Shown piece after piece: positions 39,261-48,158 of a stretch of 64,000 nucleotides of DNA. Origin of the DNA: Takakia lepidozioides. Lineage: Eukaryota > Plantae > Bryophyta. Each line of letters opens with the position of its first letter. Positions within the stretch are counted from its first letter, which is position 1. Location of the stretch: assembly GCA_030704615.1 (NCBI GenBank), contig CM060731.1, positions 83,886,001 to 83,950,000 on the forward strand. Direction: 5' to 3'. The notes under the pieces were generated by a model that ran no database searches, had not been told where the DNA came from, and was given only the letters and a program-made list of their open reading frames with translations. The position numbers and the translations under genes are program-made.

Positions 39261-39541
39261 CCACCAGCCAAACCCCTGGCATGGCAGAACCTTACGGAGT
39301 AAGGGTGGTATGCACTCACCCCGTAAGGGAGTGCATACCAGACCTCTTCTCATAAGGTTTTCCCTCTTCCATGTAGTTCTATCCTCAGATAATATTTATC
39401 CAAAGGAGTAGAATCCTACATCCTCACTTCCTCGGATCAAGAATGAAATGATGGCATAAAATGTATCATAGCAACACTAGTATAGTATCACTTAGAAAAG
39501 AATGTAGAGTTCAATGGTATAACTTAGCTCTGTATAGGTTT

Positions 39542-41716
39542 TTAGAAAGTACCTTTCAGTTTCTCAATAAGCTCTTGTACAGGGAAGAGCAGGCCAGGGA
39601 ATGAACCACGTTCAAGGAATTTTGTCAAGATACGAGCAAGTTTTCTGGTCTTGAAACCATTCCTCCCAAGAGTGTTAATCAGAATGCTACACTCCTTCCC
39701 AGCCAAATCAGCATTGCTGGAAATGTATAGAATAGGCATAGCTTGTGAAATCACAATGTTGTAAGATTGATTCACAGGCCTATTGGATAAGAACTGGATA
39801 TATTGAGTGTAAGAGAAAGGAAGAAGTCTTCTCTTGTCATATTTCTGGAAATGGAACTCACCTGTGTCACAGTTTGAGACTGTAATCTGGATATTCATGA
39901 AACAAGCTTCCAACCCCACGTATTGGGAATCGTTTTTAGTGCGTAGTAGCTCAGGTTTGATCTCCACTACATTGAGTGGGTAGATCCACCAAGGGTTGTT
40001 GCTGCTCCTGTCTGCCCGTGGGTCCAGGAATAGCATTGCATCACCCACATTTAGCCAGCATATATCATCAATGTATCTGAAGGCAGATTTAAACATAGGC
40101 ATAAGCTGGAATTATCCTAAAGCTGCAAGCCTTAAGATGAATTTGATTTCATAAGAAAGGAAGTACATGTTGCACCATAATGGTGAGCATGAAAAACCCA
40201 TAGGTATTCCAGAAATCTGATGCCACACACGGTCCCCTAAGGCGACAAAACAGTGTGACATAAGCCATTTGTGGAGCATAAGTAAAGTTCAATCCAGGTA
40301 CCTGATTTTGGGGAAGACGTGCCCCATCTACTTTTTCCGAAAGTACCGTTTTTGGCTGGAATCCATAGATTATGACGTGCTCGGGGGTGAGACCGATGGT
40401 GTTGCTGGAATGCAATCTTCACCACGTATTCAATGGCGTCCCCTAAGTTATCCTGTCCTGTCAAAGGTATGTTCTCATAGCATTGTGTAATGTCAGCAAC
40501 AAAGATGTTATGGACTTTTTCAGGCAGGTTTAGTGTAAAGTCAGTGATGGAATCAATAATCCAATACATAGCAGTAGATACTTTGAAAATTGCTCATAAG
40601 TATCCAGCCTTGTCTTGGCCCATTCTTTTACCAGTGGTAGAAGATCCATGGTAGCCCTTGTAAGAAGGCTAGCAAGTTCACTGAAAACACATTTATGGGC
40701 ATTGGTAATCCATCTGTATTTTTTCTTATGTAGCTTGTAGATTCCCATAATGTAAGGTAATCTACAGGATGGAGCAGGTATCTCCGGAATCAGACTCTGT
40801 ATTTCCACGGAAATGTTTCCTAGAACAAGGTCAGGTGGCAGCCATACCTCAGCTTGCTTGCATGGTGTAAAGTCTTTACCCATCAATCTGTGGAAGGCTT
40901 GAGTTCTTATATGCTTCACACACATAAAACATACGTTGTTGTTAGCCTTGTCAAGACCAGAAAAATACAGGTGATTGAGAAGCCATGAAAGTTCATCTTT
41001 TGCCTCTTTTACAGTAAGAGGATTGCGCTCATGGTGAGTGAAGTCGTATCTTCCTCTGCCGGCTTTTTGTTTCAATCTATCCCAGCATGTGTTTTTTACC
41101 CATTGGCTGCAGGATGCTGCCCAAGATTCACATGGGTCTATATGTAAAATTTCAGAGGTTCTATGGAAAGCCAAAGACACTTGTTCAACAACGTCTTTCA
41201 GCAAAGTACGTTTGAGAGGGATGTGATTCATACCTAGGCTGAATAGTTCTTTCAGCCTTGCGTGTCTAATAATATTTAGGTCCATGGTACGTACGTGTTG
41301 CGTAGGTGTAGAACCAGATAGATGGAATTATGTTTTTGTATCCGCATCCCGAAAATCATGAAACCTCTTGGCACTGTCACATAGACAATCTGGTGAATGA
41401 ATCAGGTCTTGCATAAAGCAAAAATCACGGAAAACAGCGGCAGGCTGATAGTATTCAGAGCTGCTTTGTTTATGATATGTCCATCCAAAGACTATCTCAA
41501 GTCATTTTGTCCAAATTCCAAAAAAGCTTCTTTTATCAAGTTCCTAGGGTTTATCCACTCCATACCACGGTTTGGGTACAACATATGAATGAATCCCAAG
41601 GGAGCAGGTTTTGCTGCCTTTTTTATGAATTTCCTGCCATGGGCATGAGTTTCAATTTGTCTACAACCATCCTCAAGATCAAACAACGCATCTGCACATG
41701 CAAAGTAGAGGAACAT
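39542..41716 (-). pseudogene. Penelope-like reverse transcriptase ORF2, copy 1 (stops and frameshifts)
   Basis: Fragments in ORFs 41492-41989, 40530-41285, 40237-40569 and 39542-40102. Its lesions differ from those in copy 2. Confidence 0.85.
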
Positions 41717-41732
41717 ACCAAAAATGAGATTT

Positions 41733-43352
41733 TTAAAGATCTGTCCATGATCCAAAATCTCGTTTGCGTATTGGGGAGAACTCGTCAGTGATACGACGAG
41801 TCTTGTATGACTGCTGGCTGGCGATGTTGATGGTGGTACTGGAATTAGCACCCGAACCCCCAAGTGATGACCGATTCGTTGCTCTTGAATTCTCAGAGGT
41901 GTTGGTAGAGTATTGCCCCCTGCCAGAGCGTCCTCCTCTTTGGTAGAGACCTCTTCCACGACCAGGGGTACCTCTGCCTCGAGGGGCATTGTTCTTGCCT
42001 TGTTGAGGAGGCGTCTGCCCCTCCATACGCTGCCGTTTGTAGCTGTTGAATTGTGGCCTGGGAAGCCTGTCTGAAAAAGACCCAGGTTTCATTAGTTTCT
42101 CAATGTATCTGGCCCCCTTGGATTCTCCTAACTTCTCAAGCAACTTGGCTTGGGGGTCAATTGAGAATTCACAAGCTGCTTCCATTATGAAGCCCCGGGT
42201 CATCTGGAAGGTAATTTGTGCAAGAACGGCAGATCTGGCAGCCCGCATGATCCATACCAGAAAGCTGTAGTACTTGGTTTGCACCGAAGGATAGGCATCA
42301 TCAGGGAAGAACACAATCAGATTGTTCAGCATATACCATACCATATGGTCAAACCAAGCAACACTCCCAATGCAAGAAGAGGGTGCCCCTCCTTGTCCAC
42401 AGTTACATCTTATGTAGGGACGATGCCAGTTGAAGAGTTGACTCTTGTGATTTTTGGATCTTGCCGAACCAGTCGGCAAGTCATTTTTGGTCCTCAGGGT
42501 AAGGTTCTCACCTTTGTCACAGAGCTTGTAGTAGAAGGTCCTTAGTGGCCATGCCACAGCAATAGGTTCCTTTTTTATTCTCTGAAAACCATCCTTAGCA
42601 TCCTGTGCACACCTACTGCGTTCAGCAGGGGTTATGTTGCCCCATTTGACCCACATTTCAATAGAAATGGGTGCCAATAAATTGATATTAGCATGTGGGT
42701 GCCACATCATGTGATCGTTATTGGCAACCTCTAATTCCACTGCACGGGGAGGCAACCAAGGGACAAATTGCAGATTTCCAGGAGTGGCACCTGCTGCCCT
42801 TTCTTGTTCCACTTGTGAGATTTCTACTTGTTCACAGAATTCTCTCACTGCCTCTTTTTCTTCATCCGGTAAAATCATGTGCCCAAGGATTGGGTGATTA
42901 CTTATAGAAGGGATGAAGTCTTTTTCAGATGTGTTTGTAGATTTCTGCGTGGAGACAGTCTGGTCATCTTCTGGGTTCGCCATTCTAAGAGCTGCCTCAA
43001 TGGCTGATCCCTTCTTTTCCCATTGTATCAGCTCCTCGGCATCATCTTCCAGTACCTCAATCATTTTAGTATTGAATTCCTGGAGCTTCTCCAGGTACCT
43101 GCCATTCTTATTTGCCATGATGCCAAGGGCAACCCAATTTTCCAAAGCCAAAGTTTCAAGTAATAGCACGGGGTTTTCATCACCTGAATTTTCCACGGCC
43201 TCAGTATCCATCTTTTGCAGTGCAGCATGGAAGTCACTTGGTGTGACTTGTGCGAGGGTTGCCTGCACAGCAGGAATTAGAGGAGGTAGTGGGGACTGAT
43301 ACCCCAGGGCTATGAGGTCCTCATTCCAGCTAGGACCTCCTTTGGTGACTTT
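41733..43352 (-). CDS. ORF1 of the Penelope-like element, RGG-rich C-terminus; open frame extends upstream to a putative splice acceptor
   Basis: Intact ORF of more than 510 aa, also intact in copy 2 with many synonymous changes; contains PRGRGTPGRGRGLYQRGGRSGRG. Confidence 0.8.
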   Translation of the reverse strand, partial: KVTKGGPSWNEDLIALGYQSPLPPLIPAVQATLAQVTPSDFHAALQKMDTEAVENSGDENPVLLLETLALENWVALGIMANKNGRYLEKLQEFNTKMIEVLEDDAEELIQWEKKGSAIEAALRMANPEDDQTVSTQKSTNTSEKDFIPSISNHPILGHMILPDEEKEAVREFCEQVEISQVEQERAAGATPGNLQFVPWLPPRAVELEVANNDHMMWHPHANINLLAPISIEMWVKWGNITPAERSRCAQDAKDGFQRIKKEPIAVAWPLRTFYYKLCDKGENLTLRTKNDLPTGSARSKNHKSQLFNWHRPYIRCNCGQGGAPSSCIGSVAWFDHMVWYMLNNLIVFFPDDAYPSVQTKYYSFLVWIMRAARSAVLAQITFQMTRGFIMEAACEFSIDPQAKLLEKLGESKGARYIEKLMKPGSFSDRLPRPQFNSYKRQRMEGQTPPQQGKNNAPRGRGTPGRGRGLYQRGGRSGRGQYSTNTSENSRATNRSSLGGSGANSSTTINIASQQSYKTRRITDEFSPIRKRDFGSWTDL

Positions 43353-43461
43353 CTGTCAAAGCCCCCCGAGAACATTTGTTAATATAACAAAATGAGAAGG
43401 TGACAAGGAGAAAGGTAAGGGTAGATGGTGTGTACAAAAACCACTAAGTACACTGATCAAA

Positions 43462-45205
43462 TAAAGAGAGGGAAGATATACATGTCATGTCAAGACATGG
43501 ACAAGACCGCTAAGGTCATTGTCATTGAAAGACAAAACAGCCCTTTACAGGGCACCATCTAACATTCTCTTTCATGTTTACAATCTCATTTGAATACCCA
43601 ATTACATTTCAGGGTCTCTGAAAAAACAGGGCGGGAGGGTGGGATTCCAGGTCATTCATATCATGAAAGCACCATAGTACACATCATTGTCTCAAGAATC
43701 CATTATAAACTCATTTCAAAAACCAGATTGCAGGTTTGGTTTGAAGGTGATGTTTTAGAACCAAGATATAAGCAAGATTCTTAAAAAGGAAGAAGAAACA
43801 TCAGTGTAGAGCCCCTTTAAGCAGGTATAGGCCTAAAATGGTATTTTAAGGCCACATAAAGTAGTTCTGCCAAGGTGAAAGAGCAACTCAAAAACCCCAG
43901 TTTGTTATCAAGCCATGAAACCAAAATGATATGAGGGCCTTGAAGAATGTGTATTATCTATCAAAGCCTATCCTTTTGATCCATCAGAGTCATACCAAGA
44001 GTTCTCATTTGCCAAGTATCAAGGCAGTCAGAGTAATAACTGCTTTTTTTGTATCCTTGTATCCTTCATAGCTAAACTCCTACACATGCAAATGTGGTTG
44101 TAAAAAACCATAAACAGGGGTAAGGAGAGAAGCAGATCCTCATTGGAGCAATCTTGGCGCAGGTCTGAAGTGGCATGGTGGTAGTTTGAAACAACAGATG
44201 GCATCAGCAGTATCCACACTTGCAAGAACAGGAACTGCAAGCTTCAAGAAATCAAGACAAGTGAAGACCCTCACCTGTGCCCGTCCCAAAAACCACCACA
44301 TAGCGATGTGTGTTAGTGAGGATGCAGCAGGTAAGTGGCAGGTCTTCACAGTTGCTATCCATGTCAGTGTTGAATTCTAAAGCAAGTACAGATCACAGTT
44401 CAAGCAATGATAAACTCAAAAAAAACCTTGAGTGTTTGTGGTATGCATTGCGCCATGGCGTCCAACAGATTGTCTCCAACAGAACGCAGTCAGAGTAGAA
44501 GCGTTCACAGCTATAGAGTGGCTCATACACAAAGAGAGAGCAACAAGTAATCTGTAGATAAATAGGGATAGAGTACTTCCCAACAAGGAGTAAAAGGGCC
44601 GCTACAAAATAAAGAACCATGAGTTCCTGATCAGAGCAATCACGGCTTTGTCGTCTGCCATAGAAGAATCTGTTTAACCACCACTGCGCATCCCAAGAGC
44701 CAGCAATCACGAGTACCATGTAGCAGCAGGGGAGCAGGTTTATACGGCGCATCATCAAAGTTCACTGAAGCACGAGTTCAGTGCTTGAAGTGTGTCGGCC
44801 TGCTTAGGGCAAAACTGCCCGATTTTTCATCCAGGATGGATGAAATATCACATTTTACCAAGATAGGCATTTTGTCACTGGATGACATCCCATAGAGATG
44901 TATCTTTTAGGGTTATGGTATAGGTTTAGGTTTAATAACTACTATCATTTATGATGGTAGTTTTATTATTCTCTTGGATTTTATAATAGGTAACCATTAT
45001 TTATGTAGATCATCCAGTTTAGATGAAAAAAAGATGGTAACTCTAGCTTTCTGTATATTAAGTTTCATCATCCAATAATAAAATAAAATCATCCAGATTT
45101 GGATGAAAAAAGGTAGGGATGAAAAACTAAATAACCTCAAAAGGATAAGGCCAGATGAAATCCAAAGATTTATAGAGGGAGAGGGAGAGAGGGAGAGAGA
45201 GGGAC
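43462..45205 (-). repeat. R repeat, minus copy 2 (upstream direct repeat of Penelope-like copy 1)
   Basis: Near-identical to 37497-39260. Confidence 0.9.
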
Positions 45206-45402
45206 AGAGAGAGGGAGTGAGAGGGAGAGATCAGGAAACAAAAAGAAAAAAGAAAAAGGTGGGGGGGGGAGAGTGACTGAGCAGCAGCTGCTCAGTCACT
45301 CCCCCCCCCCCCCCCAACCTTTTTTTTTTTTCTTTGTTGCCCCCTCTCTCCCTATGTCTCCCTCTCTCTGTCCCTCTCTGTCCCTCTCCCTCTCTCTTTT
45401 TA
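45175..45402. repeat. J2 palindrome with a perfect 15-bp inverted core
   Basis: GAGTGACTGAGCAGC-A-GCTGCTCAGTCACTC at 45271-45301, flanked by G-run/C-run, A-rich/T-rich and GA/CT arms. Confidence 0.9.
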
Positions 45403-45472
45403 AGTTTTTCTGCAGAGGGGTCAACTCTGAGGTTAAGAAAACCATGCTTTGTCACATTATTAGACCTGCCTG
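45400..45472 (+). mobile_element. Short internal fragment of the intron-1 LINE family
   Basis: taagtttttctgcagaggggtcaactctg..aaaaccatg..tagacctgcct matches the reverse complement of 3620-3690. Confidence 0.65.
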
Positions 45473-45565
45473 TCCTCCAGAGACATATTATGCACACAAT
45501 ATTCTTTCCATTTATTATTGCACTTCAAAAGCTAATAGCATTGAAGAAAAGACACGTCAACAGGG

Positions 45566-46960
45566 TTAATACTGTAAATTGAACTCATGCAAGCCTCGGA
45601 AATTAAGAAGGGACCTTACTCCTGTCATGAACCCTCCCCACTGTTTGTATCTAAAGTGCCAGAATCCCATCCAGTCGTCAAGTTCTTTGAGGCCATCCTG
45701 ACTTGCTGCATCGGAGGAGTACCACCATGCCCTTATAGTTTGGTATAAGGAGTTTGCTTCGATCTCGCTTGTCGCATCTTTATACAGCCGGCAGAGTCTC
45801 ATGTGTTCCTCCTGCAACTCTGGTTTTATGCAACTCTTGGTGTGCCTTCGGAGGGACTGCGTCCAATGGAACAGGCAAGTGCGCTCCCTGCCCATCATGG
45901 GTATTTTTGGATCACCACTTCCAAAAATAGACCGGACTGCATTCCAATTTGCCTGTGCGCTATCAGCCATAAATCCATGAAAGTTTGGATCTGAGACACC
46001 ATGATTTCTCATGACTTTCACAAGGGACTTCCACATTAGGATTTGACACTCAGTGTCTTCGGATTGCATGTCACACACTGCAATTGTCATAACTCTTTGG
46101 TAAGAAGGATCGTACACATGGGCAACCATGGTTGTCCAGCCCTTCACACGTTTCACATGATCAAACATGAGCCAAGATTTCTGGAGATCACCACCGGGCT
46201 GCATTCTGCGGACCAAGCTAACTCCACTTCCCTCCGCAACTATGGACATCTTGAACAAGAACACTTTCAACAACCCCTGACCAGGAAAAACATTGTCTTG
46301 AATGAAGTCGTACATGCTTCTCCGCTTCAATTCCAAGATGTTATCCACATAACTTGTGCTCCCTGTTCCCATTTTGAGTGTGTTGATCTGGTTGCGTACA
46401 TTGGGTGAACCAAGGGTCGAGAAATAGTCCATAACGACGTCTAGTTTTTTGCTGTCCAGTTTTTCAATGTTCTCTTCTGCTCCTCCTAGAATGTGTTGCA
46501 AGAAGCTCTTGCTTGCAGAAAGTGCAATTGCTCATGCCGTAGAAGTCCCGAATTGTTTCAAGACTTTCTCAACAATCCCCTTTCGATACGGGGTGGGTAT
46601 GATTGCCGAGATGAACACAAGCTTGGGTAAGGCCGCGAAAACGATGGAGCACATAGTACATGTGGGCCTTGCATGTGCCAATGCATGTTGGGGCCGGGGG
46701 CTGCTATTTCATGAGCCATGAGCGACATGAGCCATGAGCAGAGTCGTAAGTGTCGAAAAAAACATGAGCAGGACTATTTTCCGGAAATGAGTGTCCGCGG
46801 GAATAGGGTTCAGGGTGTCACGGTCATAGGGGGAGAAGGACCTCCCGATGAAGGAGGTTCGGCAATGTTTTTTAGAATTACATATTGAAAGGCAATGTTT
46901 CGCGAATGGTAGGGTGGTACTGCTCTGTACAATGGGGGCCCATTTCAGCCTACCAGCCAC
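45566..46960 (-). pseudogene. Mutator/MULE-like DDE transposase with an N-terminal WRKY/GCM-like Zn motif, degraded
   Basis: WLMFDHVKRV, GFMADSAQANWNAVR and ERTCLFHW (D..D..CxxH pattern); upstream YYVLH...ACVHLGNHTHP in a shifted frame. Confidence 0.75.
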
Positions 46961-47151
46961 TTGCAAAATCCACCCACACTCCCAATCCCATACGAAATGA
47001 GGAATGGTGCATTCTGGGAACGATGGATATAGAATAGAACAAAAAGAGGGCACAATGAGGTTTTCATTGATCCACATGAATTGCATTTGAAGCACGTCTA
47101 TTGTGCTGATTGTGCAAACAAATCTTTAGCCCTGTGCCTTCTGAATACAAG

Positions 47152-48124
47152 TCACGTTGTCAATGGGACTTCGCATGCTCTGAAAACTAGCTCATGAGTC
47201 ATCGGGCTCCTCCAGGTAAACTGGATTGCAGCCGTTGTACTGCCCCTATTGATGTTCACCACAATGTCGTGCCCTTCAATCATACCACCATCGAATATGG
47301 AAAGCTTCACGTTTTCGTCGTCCACACCGATGCGAATGTCCCCATACAATGGAGAAGAGGAGCGCACTCCTTCAGGAGTATACGTCTCTCCGATGGAGTC
47401 CACCCACGTCCACTGGCAGCAATTCCACCGCAACAGCATAGCAGTGCGCATTCTTCTGTATGGGTGCCCGTCGTAGCTGGGAAAATCGGAATCAAGGATG
47501 CGCAGAAGCCACAGACTCCTCAGACCAAGATCGTCACCCCGCTTGAAGGCGTAGTGGCCTGGGATGTACTCAAAAGCGGACAATGTTTCCACATTCAAAC
47601 CAGTATCTTCTGTGTAAACTGTGTACCAGATAACAATGTCTCCCGATGTGGCCAAATACATTGCATAATCGAAGCCTCCATAAGGGCAGTCGTCCCGGTT
47701 CCGGAAGCACGACATCCTTGCAAAGGAGGACCTGAGGACGTCTTTGATTCCACTGACAATGATCTTGCGGACAACAACAAAGCCCTTAGATTTTCGAAAT
47801 GATGAGAAGCGGAAGAGCAGTGTGGGCTCCAATAATGGAGCATCTGGGTCCCACGTACCCACCAATCATCGTGTAACGTGTTCATCATGCCAGCGGTGGA
47901 TGAACCGATACCTCTTTCTCATCCACGGGGTATAGTTTGAAATCTGCAACCGAAGTCCATCCCCCGGATGGAAATTCGGCGCCGCATTTACATCAAAGGG
48001 GGGATGGATGTCGTTGTATAGGCTATAGGCCCACCTGGCACTTACTGCCCATAGTTTGCATGGCACGGAAGGAAACTAAAACGGCTACATTCATGGAGCA
48101 GCCAATCTTCATCCGTGCAGGTTC
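47152..48124 (-). pseudogene. Possible F-box-like protein with an unknown beta-rich C-terminal region
   Basis: DEDWLLHE..FSFLP followed, after a frameshift, by KLWAVSARW resembles an F-box. An in-frame stop at 47866-47868 precedes a 237-aa ORF. Acceptor ccccctacAG at 48125. Confidence 0.35.
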
Positions 48125-48158
48125 CTGTAGGGGGGAAATTTAAATGTGCCCTGGAGTG

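Larger units (their letters stand above)
39261..43461 (-). mobile_element. Penelope-like retroelement body, copy 1 (ORF1 + RT, no recognisable endonuclease)
   Basis: RT motifs DKANNN, K-L-H-K...YRWI, ADITQCY, GIPMGFSCSP and FRYIDDI; flanked by direct R repeats. Confidence 0.85.
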
